The position numbers and the translations under genes are program-made. This document shows, piece by piece, positions 15,084 through 28,700 of a stretch of 64,000 nucleotides of DNA. Every line of letters starts with the position of its first letter. Position 1 is the stretch's first letter. This stretch comes from Octopus vulgaris (lineage: Eukaryota), in contig OX597832.1 of the NCBI GenBank assembly GCA_951406725.2, positions 54,064,001 to 54,128,000 of the forward strand. The letters run 5' to 3'. Below the pieces are notes generated by a model. That model saw nothing but the letters and a program-made list of their open reading frames with translations, did not search any database and was not told the origin of the DNA.

Positions 15084-16719
15084 CTGAAAAGCAGGATTAG
15101 GAAAAACTTGGATAAAAGAAATATCACAAAACATTCCTTAGAAAACAATAAGTCTCCAAATTATTTGAATAAATGTTTTTTTTTTTTTTTTTGATTTTTT
15201 TGGAATGTAGAAAGAGAAAAAAAAAGTGGGGAAGGAATTTTTCAGACTTAAAATGTAGTGCTTTTAATGAGCTTTCCCACCATTTTTCTACGGGCAATTT
15301 ACGAGCAGATATTCACTTCATACGTTGTTGAATTTTTACAATTCCACACTTCTGCTGCCCTTCAGCACGAATATATCAAGTATGAATAGTTTTAACAATA
15401 CCAATAAACATGGAGTTTAGGAATAAGAGAGAACATTTTCAGTCTTGGTTAGATCTGATGGCATTCGTCTATCAGTTTGCCTGACACTTAACAATTTTGA
15501 AACATTTAATATAATAACTCAGGGTAGTTTCTTCAGATCCATTTCCAGATGTTACGGTTAAATGAGAGTTTGGATGTGTATCTACTCAGGAATTTATGAA
15601 AATTATGAAATGTCTTTGTATCTGAACATGTTTAGATCAACTTAGAGGTAATAGTCACCTGCTTTTATATAGTTATATACAATAATGTTTTGTGTGTGTG
15701 TATGTGTTCTGGAAGATATTTTTGTTCCTCTGAGGTGTAGTAAATAAATGTGTATGTATGTATTGTATCTATATGTGTATTATATCTGCAAATGTTTAAA
15801 ACAAAAAAAACAAAAGACATTCTAAATACAGTTAGAAATCAAAAGAAATAAAAATTACAAAAATATAAGCAAATTTTTTAATATCATATAGAGATAATCT
15901 ATTTTATTTTTCTTGTATTTTACATTTTATGGCATTACTAAGATCTAAAAATTAAAATTAATTTATACAGCTAATAAAATAATAAAATGACTAGCAACAT
16001 AAATTAAACATACATTTATCAACAGAATGTGATGTTACTAAGTTTACTATTTTCTATGAAGCACATCAAAATCTAAGACAACCATCTTAATGTTGTCAGC
16101 TGTTATCTAAATATTTGAATTAGAAACAAAACAAAACAATAAATAAATTAAAAAAAACAACATACATTCATACATTTCAATATTTTGTCGGGAAGAATAT
16201 CAAAACATTTTAAAAGAATAAAAGCGTAATACTGATATTTAATTTTTTTTTTTTTTTAAGTAAAATGGTGTTGACACCAACCCCTTGAAATGTTTATTTC
16301 TAAATAATGAAATACTAAAATTTAATATCTACAAAAAAAAAAAAAAAAAAAAAAAGATCCTGAATTTATAAAATAGTCAATAAAATTTTTTAGAAAGTAA
16401 AAAAACAAAACAAAAATAAACGAAAACATGTATTTTCGCAAGGAACTATGCTCCTGAGTCTAGAAAAGACTGATTGAATAATAGCTGGTCCTTGATCTGT
16501 CGAAATAACATCTGACCAATTCTGAATGAACTGATTGTGTCATGTTTTACCAAAAAGGAGTGGCTGTGTGCTAAGTAGCTTGCTTACCAACCACATGGTT
16601 CCGTGTTCAGTCCCACTGCGTGGCACCTTGGACAAGTGTCTTCTACTGTAGCCTTGGGCCGACCAAAGCCTTGTGAGTGGATTTGGTAGACGGAAACTGA
16701 AAGAAGGGCGTCATATGTA

Positions 16720-16768
<49 letters not shown>

Positions 16769-17608
16769 TTGTGTGTCAGTGTTTGTTCCCCCAACATCGA
16801 CAACCAATGCTGGTGTGTTTATGTCCCCGTCACTTAGCAGTTCGGCAAAAGAGACCGATAGAATAAGTACTAGGCTTACAAAGAATAAGTCCTGGGGTCG
16901 ATTTGCTCGACTAAAGGCAGTGCTCCAGCATGGCCACAGTCAAATGACCGAAAAGAACAAAAGAATTCAAAATTTTAAAAAAAAACTATAGCAAGTTTGG
17001 AGCTATTTCTTATTGGAGCAGTTTGAAATAATATCCTTGTTGTTGTGGAATGATGAATGAGGTATCTATTAACTGAAATTAGTCATACTGGTGTTAATTT
17101 ATCAACAACTAGATAGTGAGTATCTGTTTAGCTTATCATCATTACCATCAATATTTAACATCCGTTTTTAATGCCGGCATGGGTTGGACAGCCTGACAGG
17201 AGCTGGCAAGGCTAGGGGCCCATGCCAGGTTCCATAGTTTATTTTGCCTTGGTTTCTACAGCTGGATGTCCTTGCTGACGCCAACCACTTTACAGAGTGT
17301 ACTGGGTGCTTTTTACATGGCACCAGCACCAGTGCTTTTAGGCACGGCACCAGCACCAATGCTTTTTACAAGGCACCAGCACCCATACCAATGTTTTTTT
17401 TCAAGAGATCTTGATTTTAGGATCTCATAGGCCAATATAATTTTTTTTTCTTATCCTTGAGCCCTAGAATTCATAAGGCCAGGTTACTCAGTTTCCATAG
17501 CATATAAGTACCTAAGATCACTACTTTCTCTTGTAGGGTTTAAAGCTAGTAATTATTTGCGGAGATGGGACGTGTTGACTATGATAAACCCAGTACTTAA
17601 CTGGTACT

Positions 17609-18059
17609 TTAACCCTTTTGATACTAACCCACCTGAAACCGCATCTGGCTCTGTAGTACAAATGCCTTGTTTTCAAAAGTTCTGAATTAAAATCTTTCAC
17701 AAACCTTTGTCACAATTTATGTTCCTAACACAAGCTTAATGATAACTAAGTTATTTTACTAAATTCTTTGTTATATCTAAAATTAATTGAGAGCATCTCA
17801 ACAGAAATATAGTAACAAAAGGGTCAAAATATATAATAGAGAAACAATTCTTAACCCTTTTGATACCAGCCTGGCTGAAACCGCCTCTGGCTCTGTAGTA
17901 CAAATGTCTTGTTTTCATAAGTTCTGAATTAAAATCTACCAAACCTTACTCACAATTTATGTTCCTAACACTAGCTTAATGATAACTAAGTTATTTTACT
18001 AAAATTAATTGAAGGAAACACAGAGCATCTCAACATAAATATGGGAACAAAATGGTTAA
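17609..18059. mobile_element. Two adjacent piggyBac-like MITEs (17609-17827, 17851-18059); same family at 25448-25677, 26840-27167 and 60589-60817
   Basis: ttaa-CCCTTT...AAAGGG-ttaa termini and a shared ~225 bp body. Confidence 0.85.
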
Positions 18060-18489
18060 TTTTATCAATCCCAAAGAGAGGAAAGGCAAAGTTGACCTTG
18101 ATAAGATTTGATTCCAGAATGTAAAGAACTGAAAGAAATGTTGCGATGCATTTTGTCAGCCTCACTAACAAGGCTGCCAACCCACAGCCAATAGAATATA
18201 AATACACAACTGTAAAAGAATCAAAAATGGACTGGTTTAACCAAACAGGATGTATGAGATCATCTCAAGGAAACAATCAGAGAGTTTTGCCAAGAAATGT
18301 TAATAAATATGTCAACTTTGGTAAGCAAAAAAAAAGTTCTATTCTTAAAGCAGTTGGATGAGGTGGCAGATTAGTCATGAATTCCAAGCTAATATCACTG
18401 AAAAAAAACTAAATTTTATAGAATTCAAAAATTTCTAGTAGTGAACTGAAATGAAAGTTCTTATGGTATTGCTTTACTGAAAACAGAGG

Positions 18490-19775
18490 AAATGCGAAGG
18501 CTAGAAAGGAATGAAGCAAGTATACTCCACTGGATGTGCAATGTAAGCGTGCATATATGACAGGGTGCTAATGTATGGAGAGAAAAATTAGGGATAAGAG
18601 GAATCAGGGGTAATGTGCAAGAAGGAAGAAGGCTGCACTGGTTTGGACATGTGATGCATATGGATGAGAACAGTTGTTTAAAGAAGTGCTGGATACTGAA
18701 AATGGATGGAACTTGTGGAAGGAGACACAGGAAGACATTGGATGAAGTAGAGAAGGCAGATCACAAGATGCTGAGCCTCATAGAGGAGATGACAAAGGAC
18801 CAAGATGATTAGCAATCTGCTGTGCTCAAGATGACCCGTACATCAGCAAACACAAGGTCCTAAAAAAGATTCTGGCTATGCTTTTATGTGCGGGACCCTA
18901 TCCTTACATTCATCCTGCCCTGCTGTCAAACATTCACCAAATTTCATTTCCCAACCCTTTCCAACACGTATCCCCTAACTTTCTGCACTACCAGTTAATG
19001 CTCCCCCTACGTTCACCTTTGTGCCCTTGGGTTGTCTCCCCATCACCTCTACCATTCTTCATCTTAACACCTTTCATACCTGTTGTCATTTCCAGAGCCC
19101 ATCTCATGTCTGCAACACGTCTTCCATTCCTTTGCTCCAACACCTTGCTCTTAATCCCTGAGCCAATTCCATCCCTTACCTTTACTCCCCTATACTGATA
19201 CTTCCTATTATGCAGCACTTCCACCCCTCTGTCACTACACTTACTTCTACCCCATCTCTAACCACCTGTTTCTTTCACCTTCACACTTATAACCACCTTC
19301 AACCTCCTGATTCACTGCCTGTACTCTACCTTGCATCTTGAGGGTTTGCTCTGGCACTCCATCACTACCATCTTATCTTTTTACTCATACCTACCCTTAT
19401 ATGACGTGGGGTAGCCATGTAACTTCACTACAGCAAGACACCCATGCTTGTCCTTCCATTATACTTTAACACCACCAACACTAGGCATAAGGTCTCCTTC
19501 TCAAACCCACCCCGACACACACTTAGCCGAGGTGGATTTTTCACTATTCCTTTTTTTTTTGTCTTGCAATTCACTCGACAATCTCACTGATGCTGGTGGC
19601 AAGAAAAAAGCACCCCCATGCACTCTGTAAAGTGATTGGCATTAGGAAGGGCATCCAACCATAGAAACCATGCCAAAGCTGACATTGGAGCATGGCACAG
19701 CACTAGCTTGCTGGATCCTTGTAATCGTCCAACCCATGCCAGCATGGAAAACAAACATTAATTGATGATGATGAA
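18490..19775 (+). mobile_element. Old RTE LINE 3' fragment
   Basis: RRLHWFGHVMHMDENS...GRRHRKTLDEV, followed by a pyrimidine-rich UTR and the (GAT)n tail. A similar remnant is at ~8200-8450. Confidence 0.75.
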
Positions 19776-19952
19776 TGGGTTAAATGCTAGGCACAGGAGT
19801 GGCTGTGTGGTAAGTAGCTTGCTAACCAACCACATGGTTCCGGGTCCATTCCCACTGCGTGGCACCTTGGGCAAGTGTCTTCTACTATAGCCTCAGGCCG
19901 ACCAAAGCCTTGTGAGTAGATTTGCGAGACGGAAACTGAAAGAAGCCCGTCG

Positions 19953-20028
<76 letters not shown>

Positions 20029-20877
20029 GAAATGAGGTACTTAGAAAATCGGATGGTTTATATTTACAGATATTTATTTGTATATTACATTTTATATATC
20101 ATATAACTTAGATCATGTATTAGTGCTTTCTCCCATTCTGTGTGTGTAGATGTTTATGTGTCTGTGTTTGTCCCCCCAGCATCGCTTGACAACCGATGGT
20201 GGTGTGTTTATGTCCCCGTGTCACTTAGCGGTTCGGCAAAAGAGACCGATAGAATAAGTACTAGGCTTATGAAGAATAAGTCCTGGAGTCGATTTGCTCA
20301 ACTAAAGGCGGTGCTCCAGCATGGCCACAGTCAAATGACTCAAACAAGTAAAAGAGATAGAGAAGGAATCATTAATCCTTTGGCAGTCTTAAAACTGCTG
20401 TCGTAAACTCCCAAACAATAAAATTATATTTTTCAGTAGCAATACTATATACAACATCATATGTAACAAGCTGTCCACTTGGTAAGATTTTAAAAATGAT
20501 AAGCTGTATTTTGTATTTAGCAAAGAATATTTAGAAAAAGTATTTCAAATGTTTAATTGGCATCCAGTTGTTTTGTTTTTTTTTTTGTTTTTTTTTTCTT
20601 TGTCATCTGGAATTTAAGAACTCTGCATAATTAGAATTTTTCGCTACACAAGGTTCCAAGATATACACCTCGATAATATTTTAACTTTATTACAGAATAT
20701 CCAGTTTAAAATTTCACTTTTTAATGAAGCACACACAAAAAAAAAACCAAAAAAAAAAATAAAATGATGCCCACATAAAGCAACATTTAATTATCTTGAC
20801 ATCTCTGCAGGAATTGGTACCAAATCAAAGCCATCTGCTGATTTCAGGCCATGGGTTGTCAGAAGACATCCTCTTTT

Positions 20878-21335
20878 TCAGTTCTATATTTAAGAGATGA
20901 GGAATTATTTACATTTGACGGATATTTGTCCTCATCTTGTTTGTTGTTAACACAACGTTTCAGCTGATATACCCTCCAGCCTTCATCAGGTGTCTTGGAG
21001 AAATTTTGAACCTGGGTTCTCGTTCTTAAGGTATTTTTCGATATTATTATTATTATTATTATTCTGGTCACCGCCTGGAATCGAACTTGCGGGCATATGG
21101 TGTAGTGGTTAAGAGCGCGGGCTACTAACTCCAAGATTCCGAGTTTGATTCCAGGCAGTGACCTGAATAATAATAATAATAACATCAAAAAATACCTTAA
21201 AAATGAGAACCCAGGTTAAAAATTTCCCCAAAACACCTGAAGAAGACAGGAGGGTATATCAGCCGAAACATGTTAACAACAAACAAGATGAGGATAAATA
21301 TCCATCAAATGTAAATAATGTAAATAATCCTCTTT
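20878..21335. mobile_element. Inverted dimer of a tRNA-headed, hammerhead-containing SINE-like (Penelope-associated) element
   Basis: The + copy 21091-21335 has an A box (tggtgtagtgg, 21098), a B box (gagtttgattcc, 21141), (AAT)n and a degenerate hammerhead (21233-21275). The 5'-truncated - copy at 20878-21090 abuts it. Confidence 0.75.
20950..20993 (-). ncRNA. Minimal type I hammerhead ribozyme motif
   Basis: Minus strand reads ACAC-CTGATGA-A-GGCTG-gagggtatat-CAGCT-GAAAC-GTT-GTGT. Core boxes, stem I (ACAC/GTGT), stem II and the palindromic AACGTT stem III are all present. Confidence 0.8.
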
Positions 21336-22326
21336 TTCATTCAACAGTTATGAATTTCACCTCTTTTTACTGTTACTTCTTTCATTGTTGCTCCCCACAA
21401 AACCCCAATCATCTACGCATGCAGCTGTTCAAAGGAATTTTTTTCCAGTCACTATTGATGTTCTGGTAACTTTTGGTGATCATCTGATAGCAGTTCCTTT
21501 GTGTCCAATGAGCATGAGGAAGAGTGGTGCACCCTCAAATGGCTACGTACACCAACCTTTGACACTACTGGGCTTTTCCTCCTGCTTGCACTTAATAGTA
21601 ATTTTAAAGGGTCATCCATGCAATCCAAACCTTGTTGGATGTCTGACTACAATAGCTTAATGGGCTAAGATGGCTGCAGTGATAAACAAGATATAGCTTG
21701 ACATTGGAGTGGCCTTGTCCTAGATTAACTGCCTTACAAGGATGGAGAGCTACCCAGGAGTTGTTGGAAAGGTGTCAAAAGGAGCACCAGATTGCCAGAG
21801 AGACTCCATTCCCTGTTTTACTGTCGAGGTTGACTCCCCTAGCCTTTTCCTTTCTCAGGGCACCCAAAAGAAAATAAAGGTTTGAACTTAAAGTTTCTTC
21901 CATTAAATGCTAATTAACGTATAGTCGGGGACCCTAATGGTTGCCACTTCTCAGGTCATAGTAAACCTGGGAGCAGCAGTGGCTTGAAGGTGGTTCCACA
22001 TTCCTCAAAATCATGTAACTCCTAAACCAGGGCACACATACCAGATGCAGTTTAATCCTTCAGCATCCAGATTACTCTGCCAAACAAAGCTTATTTAATC
22101 AAATTGTCTTAAATTAATCAGGCATTATCTTGCAGTTTCAAGATTTTGATGATGTGATTGTTGATTTTTAGAACAACTTTATAGGGGAGGTGTGAGAGGC
22201 AGGATCTAGGTAGCTTGAACATTAAACAGGTAGAATATTTTGACTGGTTATGGTCAGTTTAAATGCTAAAGGATTAAAGTCATACCTAGGACTAGTAGTC
22301 AACTACTCAACACAGAAAAATCTTAG

Positions 22327-22895
22327 TATTGGGTTATCTGGAAAGTTTGTGCCGATGTATAGTAGCTTACCTTTCGACTTATTTTAGAATATGGTTGAGT
22401 CCATAAAATAGGATTTGACTACACCTCCATTTAGAGCACAGTTTAAGCTATCTTTTCGTGGAAGAAGATTTATGTTCCTATAATCTGTGTTAATTCTGTA
22501 AACCTTTAGAATGGAAGATAAGAATGTTCATTTTCGGCACTTGATGCTTTGGGAACCAGACAAAAATTGCTGCAGCTCGGCTGGGATGTGTTTCCTCACC
22601 CTTCATATTCACCAGATATTGCTCCTTCGGATTTCCACTTATTCAGGTCTCTACAGAATAGTCTTAATGGTAAAAATTTCAATTCCTTGGATGATGTAAA
22701 AAGATACCTTGATGAATTCTTTGCCATGAAACCACCTCAAATCTGGGAAGAGGGTATTTTCAAGTTAAAGGAAAGATGGAGACGCATTGTGCAACAAAAT
22801 GGTTCATATTTGGTTGATTAAAAATGTAATGGCAAGTATTTATTGACCTTTTTCTTTCCATTAAAAAGCGGTGTGAACTTCCGGACAACCCAATA
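22327..22895 (+). mobile_element. Internally deleted mariner element
   Basis: TA-flanked TIRs (ttgggttatctggaaagttt / aacttccggacaacccaa). The N-terminus MEDKNVHFRHLML is fused out of frame to a C-terminus containing HPSYSPDIAPSDFHLF. Confidence 0.92.
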
Positions 22896-23523
22896 TATAT
22901 TTGTTTACATTTGTCTTTCATGTCAAATGTACAATAATCTTCTCAATAGACAACAAGTGGACCAATATTAGAACTTATTCAACTAAGGTTTTAATGTTTG
23001 TTCTCTGTGAAAGACACAGACATGATGATGCAAGTAAACTAGGGACACGGCAAATGGCAAGACTTTGCAAAAACAGTTGGCCTTAATTACTGGTAACCAT
23101 GGAAATTATCAGAGTGAAATACTTTTTACCAAATACTTCGGTTAATCACCAGCGCCATCATAATCATTAAAACATGTCATGGGGTGGACAGGTTTGCTGT
23201 GCTGCATATTGTAACTAATCTTAGTTTTATGCAACATACAATGGATCATCATCATCACCATTGAACATCTGTTTTCTATACTGGCATGGGTTGGACAAGT
23301 TTGACTGGAGTTGGTAAGGCCAGGAGACACACCAAGCTCTGTAGTTTGTCCTGGCATGGTTTCTGTAGCTGGATGCCTTTCCTGATGCCAACCACTCCAC
23401 AGAATGTACTGGGTGCTTTTAACATGGCACCAGCACCAGTGCTTTTAATGTGGTACCAGCACCAGTGTTTTTTATGTGGCATCAACCCCGGTATCAATTC
23501 TGCTGTGGCAGACTATACATATA

Positions 23524-24328
23524 ATCTCTATATATATAAAACTGAGAATGTGTGTCTGTCTGTGTCTGTGTGTTTCCTTAAAACTTGAGAACTACTAAAC
23601 CAATTTCATTCAAATTTTACACATGCCTTACTTAAGGTCCGGGGAGTGTCATCAGCAAAAAAATTTTAACTTTTTCCCTAGGGCGACCCCACAGCAATAT
23701 CATATCTTCTCCACTATTTCAGTATTACGTGTTAAAAGTGAAACAAAAATATCTCTATATTGTAATGCAGACACTTTCACTTTAATACTGAAACTATTAA
23801 AATGAAAGTATTATATAACAGGGATAACAGTGGTCATCCATTTTGCTAGAAGATCCGCTATGGTCTTATATGCTACACCACTGGTTTTCAATTCATATTA
23901 ATCAAATCAATATTCAATTTTTCACCCTTATTATGTGTGTGTTTTAGCAATTCGTATAATGACTTGAACTTGAATAAGGGGTTTCACATAAATGGGGATA
24001 AATTAAAAAGGTCTGTTGTTGTTATTATTACTGTTTGACTATTGTAATCACGTTTGTTGGTTCCTCGTCAGGGAAACGTTGTTGTGTTGCATTTGTTAAA
24101 TAATTGTAAACCATAACCCTCCCCCTTTCGGAGAAGGGGCTTTGGTTATTGTTTAAAAATTGAGTTGTGTCCCTGTTTGGGGAAATTGACAATATTTTCA
24201 CCGTCTTTACGGAAGCATTTTTGTTAAAATGCCTTCGATAGAAGAAAGTCCAAAAATGAATTTCGCTGCAGCCGTACACTTCTATACAATTGATCGAAAT
24301 TGCAAGAGACGGGCCTACAATTCCAGTC
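23524..24328 (+). mobile_element. Longer Helitron-like non-autonomous element
   Basis: 5' TCTCTATATATATAAAA followed by a (GTCT)/(GT) microsatellite, as in the 3570 family. The 3' end is degenerate. Another such 5' end is at 39174. Confidence 0.55.
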
Positions 24329-24856
24329 TGTTATGAGATATGCTGTGACTGAGAAGACTTGGCAAATAAAGTGAGTTCACAGCTGTAACCTATGCCAGTG
24401 TCACATAACCAGCTCACTCAAAAGTACCTTGGATCATAGGACAACATGCCGTGCTTGAGGAGACCTACTGAATCAAGTACATCAAAATCACATGGAAATT
24501 GTAGTTGTGATTCCCGTGCCAGTGGCACGTAAAAAGTACCACCTGAACGTGGCTGATGCCAGTGCTGCCTTGGCTGGCTTCTGTGCTGGTGGCATGTAAA
24601 AAGCACCAACCGGTCATGGTCGTTGCCAGCCCCCTCTGGCCCCTGTACCAGTGGCACGTAAAAAGCACCCACTATACTCTCGGAGTGGTTGGCGTTAGGA
24701 AAGGTATCCAGTTGTAGAAATACTGCCAGATCAGACTGGAGCCTGGTGCAGCCTCCTGGCTTCCCAGACCCCAGTCGAACTGTCCAACCCATGCCAGCAT
24801 GGAAAACTGATGTTAAACGATGATGATGAAAGAAATATATATAAATAAATTTATAA

Positions 24857-24893
<37 letters not shown>

Positions 24894-27374
24894 TATAGTC
24901 AAGGACACATATTAACTGGCTCTGAAGGGGCAGTGACAAGACCTCCAAGACTGACTGGAGATAAAGATTAATTGGGTGATATTAGTGTAATTAATGTTTA
25001 ATTAGCATAGTTACAAATTAGAGATGTGGGTATATGGACAGGAAACAATAAAGCTGCAGTTCTGAATGCAAAGCCTTGGGTATGAAGCAGTGGGATGGTG
25101 AAATTCTTGATAAGACTTCATAAGGAATGACCATTCAGTTGTTTGACCAACTGGATTCCTAATAATGAAATGAACGTATCTAAGTGGCCGAATATTCCAC
25201 AGACATGTGGACTTCTTAATGCAAATCTGAGGCTGAATCAAAGTGGCAAAATGTTACAAAGATGATCCAATGAATTATGAGAACAATCCTGAGAGAGAGA
25301 GAAAGAAGATTTGACTCCTGGAGTGATACCCCAAGAGGATAAAAAGCGAAGTTGACCCTAGCAGAATCTGAGCTTACAGTGCAGAGAACTAGCATGAATG
25401 CCATAAGACATGACACCACACACTCCCTGCCATTTGTTATCCGATCTCTAACCCTTTCGTTACCAATCTGGCTGAAACCGGCTCTGGCTCTGTAATACAA
25501 ATGTCTTGTTTACATAAGTTTTGAAATAAATTCTTCCACCAAACCTTAGTCTCAATTTATGTTCTTATCACTAGCTTAATGATAACTAAGTTATTTTACT
25601 AAATTCTTTGTTATATTTAAAATTAATTGAAAGAAACACAGAGCATCTCAACAGAAATATGGTAACGAAAGGGTTAATAGAATGACATGGGTGAAGGTTA
25701 GAGAGCAGGAGATCTTCAGTGAAACCAGAGACCATTGTAAAAGAGACAAATAATGGATGTAGCACATTGGTAAAGCAGCAGAACTGAAGATTGGTTTGTC
25801 ACAGATGGCTTTATTAGGAAATAGTTCAGAATTGGTGTGCTGTGCCAGAGACATGTCAGTAATCTAAGATAGATTCAAGTAGTTATCTTTTATTTGTTTA
25901 TATATATATATTATATATTGCGATGGGCTTCTTTCAGTTTCTCTCTACCAAATCCATTCACAACGCTTTGATCGACTTAGGGCTTTAATTGAAGATACTT
26001 GTGTAAGGTGCCACAGAATGGAAATAAACCCAAGACTACAGGAATTTATTTTTTTACCTTTATTCAGAATATCTTCAATTGCAATAGCAATGAGAGAATA
26101 TCAGTTAACATGGCAACATATTTCAACTTTTACTAAAAGAATACTTTTCCATTTTTGGTTTTCATGTTTTTCTTTCAACTCTTTTAACCCAAGGTCAGCC
26201 CAGATTGAGAAGACCCATGATCAAAGTCATTCCAGCTGTGTCTATCCCCTCAGTTATTTCAGACACTGTAAGCCCAGGACTACACTATCCAATGTATCCT
26301 GCCTATTTCAAGGCATTGAAGTGTGTGATTTGAAAGAGAATTAGCTGCTATTTCTAACTGGTCAACCAACCACATAAGTTTTATTAGATGTTTTTTCCAG
26401 TTTATTTACATAAATGGTGGTGGTGGTGGTGGTGGGGGTATGTATAAGTTGATTATGACCTCACAAGTCTGACATCAAATCAAAGATTGCTGAGTTTGCG
26501 CCAAACAAAAGCAGGCTGGTTCAGTTAAGGGGTTTGTTTTAAATTTTGGTCAAACTAGCTCATTATGCCATACATTGAATGCAAAAGCAAAAAATCTCAT
26601 CATTCATCAGGTCTATGGCTCAGTCATACAAACAGAAACATAAATTTACTTTGTCCAGCAATCAGTTCTTCTAAGACTTAACAAATTTCAGTGCTACTTT
26701 AGTATGCAGTCTACCAGGCCATTTACACTTTATGTGCAGTCTAACCTTAAAACTCTAACCCTTATCCATAAAATATCATTTCACGGTATAGACCATGGTT
26801 AATGCAGTAAACCATATCCTTAAGCAGCACCCAAATTTCTTAACCCTTTTGATACCAACACGGCCAAAACCTCCTCTGGCTCTGTAGTACAAATGTCTTG
26901 TTTACATAAGTATTGAATTAAATTCTTCCACCAAATCTTAGTCACAATTTATGTTCCTAACACTAGCTTAATGATAACTATGTTATTTTACTAAATTCTT
27001 TGTTATATTTAAAATTAATTGAAAGAAGCACAGAGCATCTCAAAATAAATACAGTAACGAAAGGGTTAATGATGACTAAGTTATTTTACTAAATTCTTTG
27101 TTATATTTCAAATTAATTGAAAGAAGCACAGAGCATCTCAAAATAAATATGGTAACGAAAGGGTTAAATAACCAAGGTAGCTGAACTATTGAAAGATACT
27201 GCTTTTACTGAGCTAATTTCACCAATATGGGTAGGGAGAAAGGGGAAAAGTTGATTCTATATAAGACAGATTCTTTAGTATGAAATTTCAAAAATAAAGT
27301 TACAATTTAATCAACAACACAAACAACAAAATGTTTATTTCATTATGAACGAATCATGGAAAATCCAAACTTAC

Positions 27375-27387
27375 CCCGACGCCTCAT
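27375..27387 (-). CDS. Scm: Candidate upstream Scm coding mini-exon (ATG AGG CGT CGG G|gtaagt; MRRR)
   Basis: Consensus gtaagt donor in phase 1, compatible with both downstream phase-1 exons. The exon's 5' boundary could not be determined. Confidence 0.4.
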
Positions 27388-27892
27388 GTTTCATCCCATC
27401 AAGGTTTAAGACATCACAAAATCTTCTAAAAGTCCCTGAAGTACTGTAGCAGATACTCCTCCACATCAGGTAATAATCTTCAAGATGGAATCAAAAATAA
27501 TAATAATAATAATAATGATGATGATGATGATGATAATAATGGTTTCAAATTTTGGCACAGGGCCAGCAATTTTAAGGGAGGGGGATAAGTAGGTTACGTC
27601 GACTTCAGTATCCCAGTGGTAATTATTTTATCAAACCCGATTGGATAAAGGGCGAAATCGACCTTGGCAAAATTTGAACTCAGAACATGAAGACAGGCGA
27701 AATGCCACAAAGCGTTTTGCCCACATTGCTAACGATTCTGCCAGCTCGCCGCTTTAATAGCAATCTTTTCTACTATAGGCACAAGGCCTGAAATTTCGGG
27801 AAAGGGGGTAAGTCGAATACATCGATCCCAGTCCACAACTGGTACTTATTTTATCGGTCTCCGAAGGACGAAAGGCAAAGTCGACTTCGATG

Positions 27893-28048
27893 CACTAGCA
27901 GCGTAACTAGAGTGTGTACGGCCCGGGGTGGCGCTTCCGTTTGCCGCCCCGGACCCCACAAAAAAAAAAAACACATATTGTCTCCAGCAGACCCAAAAGT
28001 ACCGCTCGGGGGCGAACCGTCCCGACCCCATCCCTAGCAATGCTGATG
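27893..28048. mobile_element. hAT-like MITE inserted into a SINE
   Basis: CA...TG ends, short imperfect TIRs and an 8-bp TSD cttcgatg/cttcgacg; GC-rich body. Confidence 0.7.
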
Positions 28049-28261
28049 CTTCGACGGCATTTGAACCCAGAACGTGAAGACGGACGAAATGCCGCTAAGC
28101 ATTTTGCCCAGCTAACGATTCTGCCAGCTCAACGCCTTAATAATGATAACTGCGTGTTGTAGGTCTAGAATTCCATTGCATATGAGATAGTAAAAAATGA
28201 AAAAAAAATTACATTTACAAGTTAAATGAAAGCTGCATTTTTTTTTTAAATGAAAATACTG

Positions 28262-28477
28262 TTACTCTTTTACTCGTTTCAATCATTTGACTGTGGCCAT
28301 GCTGGAGCACCGCCTTTTTTAGTCGAGCAAATCAACCCCAGGACTTATTCTTTTATAAGCCTAGTACTTATTCTATCGGTTTCTTATGCCGAACTGCTAA
28401 GTAACGGGGACGTAAACACACCATCATCGGTTGTCAAGCGATGTTGGGGGGACAAACACAGACACACAAACACACAC

Positions 28478-28508
<31 letters not shown>

Positions 28509-28700
28509 TATATGTGTTTGTGTGTATATATATATACGACGGGCTTCTTTCAGTTTCCGTCTGGCAAATCCACTCACAAGGCTTTGGTCGGCCCGAGGCT
28601 ATAGTAGAAGACACTTGCCCAAGGTGCCACGCAGTGGGACTGAACCCGGAACCGTGTGGTTGGTAAGCAATCTACTTACCACACAGCCACTCCTGCGCCT
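28262..28700 (-). mobile_element. tRNA-derived SINE family A (octopus OR-like), representative full copy
   Basis: Head ggcgcaggagtggctgtgtggtaag...gggttcagtccc, central (TA/TG)n, tail (aaaagagt)n. Other copies at ~6385-6760, 8455-8840, 16556-16965, 19790-20358, 34480-34700, 36805-37233, 37480-37855, 45075-45460 and 48360-48541. Confidence 0.88.

Noticed and set aside
21091-21164. tRNA gene
   Set aside because: It has A and B boxes, but the acceptor and T stems do not pair properly, and it is fused to a repeat body, so it is a SINE head.
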